Origin: Tubulanus polymorphus
Taxonomy: Eukaryota > Animalia > Nemertea
Direction of reading: 5' to 3'
Assembly: GCF_964204645.1 (NCBI RefSeq)
Contig: NC_134031.1
Span: forward strand, 11,162,088 to 11,226,087
Length of the DNA: 64,000 bases
Numbering within the stretch: position 1 is the first letter of the stretch; each line of letters starts with the position of its first letter. The notes below the pieces were generated by a model that was not told the DNA's origin, ran no database searches, and worked only from the letters and a program-made list of their open reading frames with translations. The translations under genes and the position numbers were made by a program. Shown here piece after piece: positions 21,275 to 34,718 of this stretch.

Positions 21275-21750
21275 AAGCGCCATCTAGGATTTAACTTCAC
21301 TTCCCCCTCACCTCCACGTACACATATGATCTCGTAATAGCGCCATCTAGGATTCAACTTTTCCCATAAACATGCATAGGAATGCGTAAGCGCCATCTAG
21401 GATTCAATCATACCAATAAATAAATTTGGATTGAACACCGCCAATAAATTTGATTTGGATTTAACACCGCCAATAAATTGATTTGGATTTGTTGTCAATA
21501 ATTTGATTTGGATTTAACGGAAAAATTTTGAATTTTCCCGCCAAAAATTTGAAATTCAACCGCCACTTCCGGCCGCCATCTTGGATGACGTCACTTCCGG
21601 TCGCCATCTTGGATTACGTCACTTCCGGCCGCCATCTTGGATGACGTCACTTCCGGTATGACGTCACTTCCGGCATGACGTCATCCCTCCTCCCTCCCCC
21701 CTCCTCACTCCTCCCTCCTCCCTCCACTGTGACATACCCTAACTACTACT
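21275..21750. repeat. Subterminal motif arrays of the second Polinton-like family
   Basis: GCGCCATCTAGGATT x3, TTTGGATTTAAC-like repeats, (CGCCATCTTGGATGACGTCACTTCCGG) x3 plus partial units, then a C-rich tract. Confidence 0.85.
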
Positions 21751-21987
21751 CACTATGCTTCACCGCGTCTGAGTTCGTGGAAATGGCGCAGCGTATTCAT
21801 TATTTGTTTTTGAGAACATCCTACAAGTTTCTACTAATTGTAGACGTTCTTAAAACCCTCCAGTTTAAGAAAATAAATTCTTGAATATGGTACTTTCAAA
21901 AGATCATTTACATGCACCGCCGAGATTTTTACAGTCCCGTAGCGTTATAACGAGCTTTGACCATAGTATGGGCGTGTGTTTGAAATG

Positions 21988-22157
21988 TGACCATTTCGTT
22001 TCGTATTTCGGTTCGTATTTTAGCCCTTCTGGCAAAAAAATTTCCATTTCGTAATTTCGTAGTTTCGTAATTTCGTAGTTTCGTAAGTTCGTAAGCTCGT
22101 TTCGTAATTTCGCTCCATATTTCGTAATTTCGTAGTTTCGTACTTTAGCAGGACCCT
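21988..22157. repeat. Interspersed element with TTTCGTA(A/G) tandem units
   Basis: Related copy at 38437-38588 shares tgaccatttcgtttcgta and cgtactttag...accc. Confidence 0.7.
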
Positions 22158-22899
22158 GAATTTCTCTAACTAAATGAACATTATTTTTCCAATAACTCCG
22201 ATCAAGAGTGACTCTCCCGTTTATTAGGAAACACACGCAACTAGTGGAATAGGTTTGATTTACACACATGTTGCAGGTATAAATTGTTTTTCACTATAGA
22301 ATTTGTGATCCATAAAAGCCAAAATCAACATCAGCCGGAAACCCAGACCAAATCAATTCATAATTTATTGATTGAATCTACACTACAATATATGTATTTA
22401 TTCAAATATTTCATTAAAAAGATTAACTTCTTGAATCTATTCCAAATCTTAATACGTTCTTATCTATAAATTCACTCAATGTATCGACTCAGCAGGTGCT
22501 TAAGATTAGTTCTTAATAGGACAGATCCATTTTAAGCATGGTGATAATACAGTATCATGATGTTTGAATGCCAAAATAAATGCTTGGTCAAATAAATTCA
22601 TATTTGTTGATTGTACGTCCGCGTATGTTCGGTTTCAAAGCTGAATCATATCTGACGTTTACACATCGGTTGCATATTAGGTTCGAATCTGTCAATGCAT
22701 TTTATTCTATGTATCGGTATTTCAATTCACTACAATTCCCATCGTTCTGAATGGCTTTGCAGAAAACCCGTAATCGCTGCTTGGCAGCAATATTCACTAT
22801 AATTGTGTTGTGTCGAAATGTTTGTCACAGAACTCCTCTATTACGGCATCTTATGTATTTGTATTCACAGCGATGCGCTAATGTATATTTTGTCCTACG

Positions 22900-23370
22900 A
22901 TTAGTCGTTAAGGATCATCATCAGACAGTCGTCACGCTTTACTATATAAAATAACAAGGGATGAAACGCAGTTCAATTCGTGCCAGCCAGAAAGTTGGGA
23001 CAGTCACGTGACAGTCGCGCTTCTTATTTGACTGAATGCAAACCCGAAGCATCTAACATGGAAACTATGATACGAAAAATATTTGAGAATAACTTACATT
23101 CAAATGCATTTTTTTTCTAGGAATTATATATTTGATCATAATTTATTCTTTATAAGTTATTAATTTCATATGAATCATAATCTGACAATTGGTATCGGTC
23201 TGTGAATATGTTAACTTTTCATGTTAAAGTTTTAAATGTGATGACATCATCAGAATGTCACATGACTGTCCCAACTTTCTGGCTGGCACAACTTTGAAGG
23301 CGTTTCATCCCTTGTTATTTTATATAGTAGCGTGACGACCGTCTGATAATGATTCTTAACGACCAATTGT
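22900..23370. mobile_element. MITE/foldback element with ~115 bp inverted repeats
   Basis: ~22900-23013 is the reverse complement of ~23256-23370. Confidence 0.8.
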
Positions 23371-23634
23371 TTATCGAAACTTTATAGCGGATAAATAAAC
23401 AATATAAACACAAGGTATTTCCGTGATATTTTGAATTTATTCGCAGTTCATATTTAGCGCCATTCTCGCGAGATTATCAACAACCCGGAAATAAAATCCA
23501 AGCCCATCGCCAAACCCCTGTGCTACAAGTATCGTTCCGCATGATTGAGCGCGTGTACTGCACACCGAGTTAGCTGAACCCGAGTATACCGGGGCAATCT
23601 ATTGACAATAATCTGCAATCCATTGACAATAACT

Positions 23635-24629
23635 ATGCCTAATAATAAACCAAGCAGCAAGAAAAGTGGCAAGAAGAATAGAGTTGACCCTGACCCGAAT
23701 GGCGACTGCAGAGCAGCAGCCAAAAAACCAAGAGGCAGCTCTCTAGGGGATCATCCAGCTCTACGCCACCTAAGAAGAAAGCACTCCCTGTCGAGAATTA
23801 CCCGAAAGAAAGTGACGAGAACAGCGACTCCCCCGACTCTGATACAGAGCAAGAATCTTCGGAAAATGTAACCTTACGGGATCTACTGGATGATATAAGA
23901 GGGCTAAAACGGTTACTAGAAATGAAAATAGACAGGAAATCTCAGCTCTCAAAGATGAATTGGACCAGTTCAAACTCGACTTCGAAATAACGGTGGACTT
24001 CAAAATCGACAACGCAAAAGATAGAGCTCCGCCTCGAGTTTACTACAACATGAGTGACATCGAACAGAAAGTCGAAAAATCCCAAATATCAGCGCTATAG
24101 AAGAAAAATTAATAGACCTTGAAGCTAGATCTCGTCGTGACAACCTTGTGTTCCTAGGTGTACCAGAGTCGCAAAACGAGAATATCGATACCAAAGTCCG
24201 AAAGGAACTGGCTGATAAACTTTGGTCTAAGCAAGGACAAAACAGATAGCATTGTTTTCCAACGGTTACACCGTAATCCTGGCAAAAGTACCCCGCGAAC
24301 CGTTTCTGGCAAATTCAGGGATTATTCTGACCGCGAGTTAGTTTACAGTGTGCGCAATAATGCGGCAAGCAACAGCACCATAATTGTCGCAGATTACCCG
24401 CTGGAAATCTGAATTAGGCGAAGAATGTTGTTTGATAAGCTAAACGAAACGGAAAAACAACACCCTTCAACGGAAGGTTACGTTTCATACGACAACCTGT
24501 CTACGAATGGAAGTCTATATCGCGTTATCGACAATGAAGCGCGCTGTACGGGCTGTATATATCACAATAATTGTCTTTGTATTAAGACCACGAGTTTGTC
24601 AAATAAAGTCAAGTAAAGTAAAGTAAAGT
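23635..24629 (+). mobile_element. Degenerate LINE ORF1 (L1-type RRM/CTD) followed directly by an RTE-X-like 3' tail
   Basis: DLEARSRRDNLVFLGVPE, FQRLHR, ADYPLEI and YVSYDNL in shifted frames; tail 24571-24629 matches 16948-17004. Confidence 0.75.
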
Positions 24630-24689
24630 CAATCTCCAAAACGACATGTACTAGTCACAACGAATACATTTTCATGTCATTTTGATAAT

Positions 24690-24867
24690 TCATCCTAGTG
24701 ATAGTGTTGCTTTCACCACGTTATCACTGGGATAGCTGATTTTAACCCGGTGATAAAGTGAACACAGGTTTGAAAAATGCACTATCCCAGTGATAGGAAT
24801 ATCTAACACCGGGATAGCGATTCATCACCGGGATAGGGCTTATCACCGCTTTGTAAAACGCAGCCCA
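24690..24867. repeat. Partial MITE with TATCAC(T/C)GGGATAG-like repeats
   Basis: Several direct and inverted copies; ends ...GTAAAACGCAGCCC. Confidence 0.45.
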
Positions 24868-26185
24868 GATAAAAGACCCCATTATTAAAGACTTCCGCGT
24901 TAAGAGAAGACCATATTTCCGACGGCAGATGCAAAATAACTTTGGAGATTAGACGAATATCTCATAGAAACCCGAGCAGTTATGCAATCGATCCTACTGC
25001 GAGCTCTAGCGGAGAGCGCCGCGGACAAGCCATATTGCAGGACTGGGTGTATAATATCTATCCAAGTAATCTAGTCTTCCATATCATTTTATCAAAATTA
25101 TTAAAACTAAACTCATTTTGATGTAAATACACTGATCATTGATGTTCTATTTTTATCGCAGTGACAGACATCATCAGTGGCAGTGGTTTGCTGGCGGAGC
25201 CGACAGCGCGTGGTACATTCGCGTCAGATGTAATTTACTGTGGTCCTTTCTAACTATGTGAACAACCTCGACAGCCGCTCGAAGATGCGAAGCAAGTTAA
25301 AAATCACGTGTAATTATCGCGGTTTTGACTTCCCATTGAAATTCAACTTTAGAATTCAGACACTATTGAATTCCAAATTACATTTAAGGTTACATGTGTA
25401 TTTGTCATATTTTAGATTCATGAAAAAGCAAGGCAATTATAACTGATACGTTCAGCTACATTCACCCCCAGCCTGCCGGGCGAAGTTGGACTTGTTCCTT
25501 TTGCCAACTTGTCTAAAACTTCTCGAACTGGATTTTCTCAACGAAGTCTCAAGTTCTATGGGCCTCTTGTAATAAAACCTCGTATACTTAATTGTACGGA
25601 CATATAAACCAGTATCGCAGGAAAAACCCGCTATCGTCCTTTTGCAGAGATAATTCAAACTTGTAGTTAATGCTTATATAGGAGATCATTCTAATGATGA
25701 AAACCAGAACTGATCACGAAATCGCAAAAAAATGGAAAAGGCATTATGATTTAATTATAAAATGGAAAATATATTTTTATTGAAGGTTGTTTGAACTAAA
25801 AAAAGCCCAGTTTGAAAAGGTAGTAAAGCCCATACTTATACAATCCCTTAGGTGGTTTTATGGTCTATGTATAGATGTCAAATACGTACAGCTTTTAGAA
25901 TATATTTTTACATTATTTATATGATCGCTTTTATGATTAGAGAATGATTTAATCACTGCCATCAACAAATTTCGAGACAATTACCCCGAGATAAATGACA
26001 CAGTTCGGTGTGCTACTTTTTTAAAGAGTGATTATTCCACGTTGCATAATTGTTCATACATCAAGTAAGCAGTAATCACGACCACGACAGCTATATTCTG
26101 CAGATTTTTAACTGCATAATTGCAGCCCCGCTTATCACAGTTTGTTTCAATAATAGGCATGCAATTTTGTGGTCATGAAGGATCG

Positions 26186-26192
26186 TATAAAA
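26186..26192 (+). promoter_or_regulatory. Candidate TATA box of the intermediate filament gene
   Basis: TATAAAA about 60 bp upstream of the ATG at 26247. Confidence 0.5.
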
Positions 26193-26246
26193 GACGTCTG
26201 GGACAGAGCTTCTTTGCCAGTTAGCCTGTGTTCGAGAGCCTAAAGG

Positions 26247-29200
26247 ATGTCACGAATGCAAATCAGTAAATCGGGCGGAGGCTCGTCCTCCATGTCATCG
26301 AGTTCTTCATCGTCTCGGACAATATCCGGTGGTGGAAGTAGTGGTGGCATGGGCATGAGTGGTGGAATGTCTGGTGGAATGATGGGTGGAACGTCTGGAG
26401 GTGTCAGTGAAAAAACCGTTGTAACGGTTACAGAAACGACTTCTGGAAGTAGTGGACAGACATATGGCACTGGTGGCGACGATTCCATTGAAACGTACTA
26501 CCGTTCTTCGATGAATCCAAGAACGACAGTTATCTCGCGAACACAAGCAGGAGTGACAGGTTCAAGTACCCAGAAAAGAGGCCGCGTTGAAGTAAGGCAA
26601 CCATCCGGTAGTGGAGCCTTTTCCTTCTCATCAGCTGATGTAACGGCTATGAGAGGTGAGCGGGAAAAAGAAAAGAAAGATATGCAAGATCTTAACGAGA
26701 GATTTGCAGGATACATTGAAAAGATAAGATTTCTGGAGGCGCAAAACAGAAAACTTGCTCAGGAACTGGAGACTCTGAAATCAAGATGGGGCAAAGAAAC
26801 AATAGAGATAAAAAAGCGTTATGAGGGCGAGCTTTTGGAAGCGCGGAATCTTGTAGATGACCTGACCAAAGAAAAGGCCAAATGGCAGTTACGTGCCAAT
26901 ACACTTCAAGATGAATTAACAGGCATAAAAGAAAGGTGAGAATACTCTGACATATAATAGCAATGTAATGTCGAATAAGCCTCGATGTAGATTTTACAAA
27001 ACCTTTTGGAAGGTACATGTTTGTGTATATAATTGTCAATATACTTTTGTAAGCATGTGTTCTTGCATTTGAACAAGATTATCCATTGATCACGTTGAAT
27101 AATGGTGATTTCAAATTAATATGTACAAGTCCTTCACGCTATCTAAGTCAATGTGTGCATTAACGTACTTATTTAAGGCCAACCTCAATATTTTAAGCAG
27201 GTCACTCGTTAGTGTAACATTATATCATACAAAAAGTAAATGAAATGAGAAATAATAGTGGAAATTATAGTTATTTAGCGGCATGGATTTCTACACTCAA
27301 ATTGAACAAAATTGGCACGATTACCATAATAATTGACCTTCCCTCGCAAATGACGAGTGTTCGTTATGCCACCAATTAGCATGAATTATTGTGATTAGTC
27401 TCATGACCGATATATTCTTCAAACGTTTTATGCTCTAAAAGGGTACCATGTTTAACAATGCACATTTTTGTCGAACAATGACTTCTTTCCAAACAATCAT
27501 ATCTCGACTTATATTCCACAGAACCAAATGGTAAAAAGCTTATTAAAGATGATAGAAAATAGATTGTGGACTATTTACGCTTGAGTGCATAATTGTCCAC
27601 CAGATAGAGCCCTCAATTTTTGAATGTCAGTTACTGAAAGTTAGTGGAAACTACTCGGTTAATTTACTTTCGAATTCCTTTGAACGATAATTACAGATGT
27701 GGCTTAATTTAAGCTATTCCTAATTTTTACTTCGCTCATATCTCATCATATAACGGCGTTATATAGATTGATGCATACTGCTTGCTACCTATTATTTTGA
27801 ATAAATATTTTCTTTACGAAATAAGCTTTCGAAATCTGATTCTATATCCGCCGATGAGATAGTTCGACCACACGCTGTATTCGTGATTACAACCATAGTC
27901 TCGTTACCGTTATCTGCTATCATAAATGTTAGTTGAGAATCGATGGTTTGAAATCAAAGTATAGTTCGACAAAATAAATCTGTGATACTTGACTTTTTGT
28001 TCAGGGTGCTCTGCTCTTGCTTTTCACCATAAACAAATATATTTTCATCCCTTGTGAACATCAGATACGAGGACCTCGTTCGTCGTACGGAAATTGACCG
28101 GGAAACCATCTCTAAACAGCATCAGCAGATGGCAGACTACGAATCAGAAATAAATCTTTTGAGACGAAGAATCTCTTTCCTCGAAGAGGAACATAAACGC
28201 GACAAAGAAACTATAAAAACATTGAATGCTGACATAATGAGACTCAGAGTGGTAATCATATGCTATATTTTTCATCAAATTGTCTTCGTTGTTTATTCTT
28301 GCCTTTGACTCTCAACTTTTTTTTTGTTAGGACCTAGACGATGAAACCTTACAGCGAATCGATAAAGAGAACCGACTTCAAACACTTGAAGAGGAATTGG
28401 CATTCCTGAAGTCAATTCATGAACAGGTATTATTGCATTCATCACTTATCGATGCTCATACAATCAATAATCAAACACATAATAACTAACATGACAATTA
28501 ATGATTAATAATAACAAATTCGCAAGCAACACTCAATTATTCAAAGATTAACTTTACTATTGTATTCTTTATTTTTGAGGAACTTCGTGAAATGGCAGCC
28601 CTGGCATACAAGGACACAACTGCAGAGAATCGCGAGTTCTGGAAGAGTGAGCTAGCTATTGCTATTCGTGACATACAGAATGAATATGAAGACAGATTGG
28701 GCAGTATCAAGGGTGAACTCGAGACACATTTCACTATGAAGGTTTGTTAGCTAAACAAGATTTCTAGTCATTGTGTTAAAAACTTTTTTCCAAATCGAGA
28801 TAAAGTTTAGTCTGCCCTTTTCGCCTAGCCTATATTCTGAAAATATAATATTAAATATTAGACATATTATATTCAATATTGAATGCACACCTGCCTGCAT
28901 TTACTATATGCGTTTTTATACGTTCAACCCGCGACACATAGCTGTCAGCTTTTTATGAGAATATTGATGATTATGTTCATTTTTTTGAATCTTCATGCAA
29001 TGCATACGACTTAATGAGTAATCGATTCTTTAAAGATTTCATGATATGGCTGCGAGAGATTCCTCGCTAGCCAACAAGCTGTGCTTGAACTTGGAGCACT
29101 TAGACCCTATTCATAATGTGTAACAGGTGCATGCTGCAGCAATAAAGATAGAAATAGGCTTTATGCTTTGCTCCAGGGGGTCACGAGGATTTCATAAAGG

Positions 29201-32200
29201 GGGTCAGAATCAATACAAAGCTTGATTTCATGCAATATTTCGCGCATTGTCCACCAAGCGTACTACTACGCTACGATGTGCTAGGTGTGTGGATCAATAT
29301 GGGCTACTACGAGAGAAGTACCACGTTTGGTCAAAATAGCTTTTTTTAAGGAAGAGGGATACGATTCTGTCACTATAAATTCCACGAGTGCCATTTGTGT
29401 GAACTTATCATGTCAGTGGCATTGCACTAATGTGTCTATTCTTATTTATCTTTATAATGTAGATTATCCTAAATATCTAAATAAGCCCAACGCACACGGT
29501 AGAACGGTTGTTTCATCAAAACAGAAAACGCTCTTTTACAATGCGTTTAGCGTAAAAGTTTTACATGCAAACGATAAAACGTTCAACGCACACGGCATAA
29601 CGAAAACGTGTTGAAAACCCGATTGGTTTTTTTTCAACTTTCAACATGAATAGTTTGGGCCTGTGATGAGAATAACGAATGGATATGGCATTGAACTGAG
29701 TTTTAATTATGGAGGAACAAAGAAATCTACCTTTTTGCACATTGTTTGCTCGGAGATTAAGATATCGGAAAAATGTCGAGAATCTGTTCTTCGAATTATG
29801 ATGAAAACATTACGGAGCACTAAAGTTTATATGCCCAACGTTTCACTCTTCTTGCCATGAAACGTGTAATAAGATACAGCGTACAACTTCAATATGAATT
29901 GGTTTTTTTTTAATTTTTCGAATTCGATAATTTCATCCATTTTAGCTCAACGAAACCAGGACTAGTGGTGCGAAATCAGGGCTGGAGACGGCTCATTACA
30001 AGGATGAGACCAAAAAGCTCAGAAACCAGCTAGGTGAACTACGAGCTAGAATTTCAGAGCTCGAGGCGCAGGTCATATCACAGTTTTATTGCGATCAGAT
30101 TTCCTAAAGTCGATACCATTTTAAGTTTTCCACAATTACTCTATTACTCTATATTGGCGTCCATAACACTTTTCAGATTTTCTATTTTTTCTAGAACGGA
30201 AATCTACAACGTGAATACGATATGTTGCTCAGAGAATACCAAGACAAGGAGTCTCAATGGGAGGCGGAGAGAACTGACTTAACCATCCAACTAAATCAGA
30301 AGATTCAAGAATTGGAATCGATGAGCATTACGTTAAACGAATTGCTAGATGCTAAACTTTCGCTTGAACTTGAGATAATAGCATATAGAAAACTTTTGGA
30401 AGGTCACGAAGGAAGGTAAGCGTCTAAAGAAAATAGTTACATACAATTAGTATCAATGATAATTTCTTGGAGAATCATGTTAATCCTGGAAGTGAGAAGT
30501 CGATACCTAAGAATATATTTGGTATCTGAGAGTATTAAATCGAAAAACTCCAAAACATGGTAACGCTATGTATGTCATCCCGATATGTTAAAAGATTTTA
30601 CATATTGAAGAATGGACACCGACAACCAACAATGTATCATAGAAATTGCACGATAAAAACATGGCAAAGTTCCGTATCTGGAAAAGAAAGCCATAAAAGA
30701 AGAGTGAAAATCTTTACTCTTTAGAGATGTGACCCGTTGACATGTTGTCAGACCTACCAAGTTCCAAAAATGCATGTCATGTGTAGTGTACACTGCTTAC
30801 AAGAAAAATTCAAGATATCGAACGGACTTGAAAACCTTTTAAATGGATGTTATTAGTGGAAATTCAAGATGACCATGATGGCCACTTTAGGATAACCAGA
30901 AAGCTGATTTTAGGTTTTTGGTTAGGTGATTTTATGTGTAATCCATGGACCTAGAAAATTATTACTTTCTAAGTAAATTGCCCCTCATTTGTAGTGTCTT
31001 GAGCACTTACAAGGAGTTCAAAACCACCGCGGTAGCGATTTTGGAAGATCGGAGAAACTTAATGTTTGTAATGAGTGAACGAACCCAATTACATGTACAA
31101 AATTGAAAATGAATCGCACGCGAATGAGAAATTCCAAGATATCTGCCTGGTGGCCATTTGTTGTATCTACTCTAAAAATGCAAGAAATAGATATGTACTA
31201 ACAAGAAATTCAAAATGTCTGCCGTGCTGGCCGTATTGGAAGAGTGAGAAAGCTGACTTAAGCTGACTTTAATCAATAGGTGTAATTCAATGGCTTCTCC
31301 TATGTCACTAGTCAAGCTAAAGAGAAATTGCACATTATTTGATATCTGGAGATTGGTAACAAGAAATTCAAGATGTCCGCTGTGACGGCCTTATAAGAAG
31401 AGCGACTTTCGATAGGTCTAATCCATACCATATAACAAGTTAAAGCTACTTGATTTGTGGAGGGTGATAACGAGAAATTCAAGGTTTCTGCTGTGGCAGC
31501 CATATTGGAAGACTGAGAATTCCAAGCTAATTTCTAAAGGGTGTAATCCATGGATGTATAGCACATAATAGCTTCCAACTTGCAAGATAAACACACGAAA
31601 TTTTGAGAGTAGAAAGCTACCGAGGGAAAGCGCCTGGCACACGGCGCACACTGAGTGAGTAAAATAGGACGGTAACCCACCCTACATAAGTTACATAATG
31701 ATTTGGTACATATTGCAGCTTAAGTCAAACAGTAGAAAAATGGTATGAATGGATGAGAACACATGGCACAGAAACTCACCTTAAATGGTTAGAATCCTAC
31801 CAAAGTGAAATTGGTGGTGGTGGTGGAGCTGGTAGCGGTGGTGCTGGCAGCGGTGGTGGTGGCGGCGGCGGTGGTGGTGGAGCTGGTGGTGGTGGTGGTG
31901 GTGGCAGCGGTGGAGCCGCTATGCAGATGTCAATGTCTATGTCAGGAGGTTAGATATCCTGTAGATATGTTGTCATAATTATGTTTCGGCATAACATGTT
32001 TCATCCTTCAAATTCAGGAAGTTCTGGCTCAGCCGGTTCCGGTTCCATGGCAGCTAAAACGTCTTACCAACGAACTGCAAAAGGTGATGTAGCAATTAAA
32101 GAGGCCTCCGCGGATGGTCGGCACGTCATATTAGAGAACACGGGAAACAAGGTAACTTTGCTTTATCAAGCATCAATTCTAAGTATGGGTAGTCATTTCC

Positions 32201-33895
32201 AAAAATTCCGATAATTCCTTACGAAGTCTACATGGGCACGAATTACATGGGTAGACAATACAATGCCGACAACATCTGCAACGTCAACTTTGCTTACGAT
32301 GGTGTATGTAGTAAACGCTATGCCGACAATTCCGACTTGTTGCATATTTATGTGTGGCCATAGGCAAATCACGTCTTTGATAACTCGATACTCATATATC
32401 GTAGATACTATAATATTAGGTATTATATTTGACCAAATTCTTGTTTGTTCAAATGTTTATTTATCGCATTTCAGCCACATAACCTAACTGGATGGAGAGT
32501 AAAACGAGATATTGATGATGGAAAACAAGAATTCTCATTTGACTTCCCCTCCTATACATTAGGTGGTGGCGGCAGTGTGAAGGTAAATTACCATTTCACA
32601 GTACAAACTATGAGTAAAATATGCATCACATACCTATATAGTAGGGTCTTTTTTGTTTTGAAAATAATATAGATCTATGCAAAAGGCGGTATGAAACGAG
32701 GTGAAAGAGACGCTTTCGAGTTAAAAGAAGTAACCTGGGGCGTTGGTACTAATGTCACAACATTCATTTATAACAAAGAAGGAGAGGTAACTAAATCAAT
32801 GTACAAATTCCGTTGCAAATTCCGTTAAAGTTGAAAGTAATGTCGAGTTGAAATGAATATTCGTCGCAGTAGTTTGATTTACGAATGATTTGGAAAATAT
32901 GAATACCCAAAAATACTGGATAAATAAGCTCCATTATTCTTGCATGAAGAGCATGGCTATTTAGCATGAGTGACCTTTGGTGGGCACAGGTCCTACAAGT
33001 CATGTCTTACTGGATTAAATTCAATTAAGTTTGAAGCAACCAAAATACTAAGAACGTTTAATTGTACGATTGTAACATATCCGTGGTAAATTTCAGGAAT
33101 GTGCGACATATATCCAGACGACTTCATATTCAAGATATTAAGCTACACTAGTACGAATAATTTTACTTACTTTTCGCAGCTTTAGCTATACATTTTAAAG
33201 ATAACAGTGTGCTTAAAAGTGTTTTACCCGTACTTTGATAATTCAGTACATCTAACATAATGTCCGTTGATTATATCTATTGAATCAATTAAAAACTCAT
33301 GGAAGTTATCATCAGAAAGCAAAAGCGACTTTATTTGAATCATGCGCCAAGATATGAGTTCCTGATTGAATGCAATTTTAATTCGATGACCTGATAATGC
33401 ATCCCGTTGCTCATTTTATGGACAATTTTTGGAGCTCAGTCATTGACCTTGATCAAAGACAAACTTGACAAGCGATTGATCAAATAATTAGAGAATTCAT
33501 TTCAAGCCCGCTTAATGATTGACAAAAGGTTTTTTTCGAGGGTAACATATTTGAGTCACTGGTAAAGTACATTGCAGAAATGGCTTGCATGGCATACAAG
33601 AAAAAATAATTTCTAATATAGAGAACGTATGTGTCCTGAGGCTCAAGCAATTTGGTCACTGCAATCATTCACCATGCAGTCTATACACATTTCATTGCTA
33701 AACATAAACAGCTCTTTAGAGGATTGATTTCATAGATCACCTTTGTATTCAGTATGGATGCATCTTATCAATATGAAGCATGAATCCTATCAATATGAAG
33801 CATAAATTGGTCCATTTTGTATGTGTAAATGATGTCATTTTCATATTTTATAGGAAAAAGCAACTTACATGCAGATGACAACATACACGGCATAA
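26247..33895 (+). CDS. Cytoplasmic intermediate filament protein (long coil 1b, lamin-tail domain). Exons: 26247-26935, 28065-28251, 28331-28426, 28580-28741, 29946-30071, 30195-30415, 31719-31948, 32018-32151, 32475-32582, 32673-32786, then 33097-33141 or 33854-33895
   Basis: LNERFAGYIEKIRFLE (coil 1a), LELEIIAYRKLLEG (rod end), Gly/Ser-rich head and linker, tail motifs LENTG/LTGWRVKR; GT-AG junctions keep the frame; no CaaX; AATAAA at 34501. Confidence 0.93.
30800..31530. repeat. Intronic degenerate element with repeated AAATTCAAGATG..C....GGCC units
   Basis: At least six diverged copies between 30800 and 31530. Confidence 0.55.
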
Positions 33896-34718
33896 ATCTA
33901 ACGGAACGAAGGATGCTAAAAAGTGTGACCGTCGATACTTACACTCTTCGAGGTTATATTTGCTAATGCTTGTACATAACGCACTGTACATCTGTACTCC
34001 GAGTAAAAGATCTACAGTCCAGACTTACATACAAATGAACTCAATCGTTGATTAGAAAACTTAGATTTGTTATTTAAGAACAATAATGCTAAACCCTAGC
34101 TTACAATTAGTCTCGACTGTGACAATGAAACTCCTTAAAACGGTTATGTTAAGTACCTTATATTACTCCATTGAATACCAGTGCCAGTTTCTTTAGATGG
34201 AATTATTTCGACCAATAGAGAACTCGTGCTTTCCTATTATTTATTACACTGCATAATGAGAAGCTTATTAGAAAACTAGTTTGTACCGATCATAGGGCAC
34301 ATTAGCGTAGCTTGTATGCTTATAATCATATTAGTTCCTTGGCGACGGTAAAGTATATTGCTGCTGAAATTGTTGTGATAACTTAATTATAGAAGTGGGC
34401 AGCTTTTAGTTTAAATGCATAGTACTGTCATTCTGTGAATATTTAACAATATAAGATTACGAAATGTCTCAATGGTTCAATGCGCAAGAATGATTTTATG
34501 AATAAAGCTTTTAACATAACCACGGAGAATATTGTCATAGGATTGTCTGTCGCGATAATTTGTTCGCTGAAGAGTTTGCCTCAATTGGATTCATGTCTAA
34601 TATCTATTCTATTTTCGATACTTACCATGCGAATCTGAGAGTAAAACAGCCGGATGAGAGCAAAAGAAATGAATACGTATGAAAAAGAAACTCGCAATTA
34701 CATGTACCTTACGACGAT

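Larger units (their letters stand above)
17004..21750. mobile_element. Terminal fragment of a second Polinton-like family
   Basis: Ends ...ACTACTACT at 21750 (5'-AGTAGTAGT terminus typical of Polintons); repeat-rich subterminal region; PC4 and Cys-rich accessory ORFs; no core gene seen and left boundary uncertain. Confidence 0.6.

Noticed and set aside
21565-21685. CRISPR-like array
   Set aside because: Head-to-tail repeats with no spacers.
26247-33895. Nuclear lamin
   Set aside because: No CaaX box and no basic NLS between rod and tail; fits a cytoplasmic intermediate filament.
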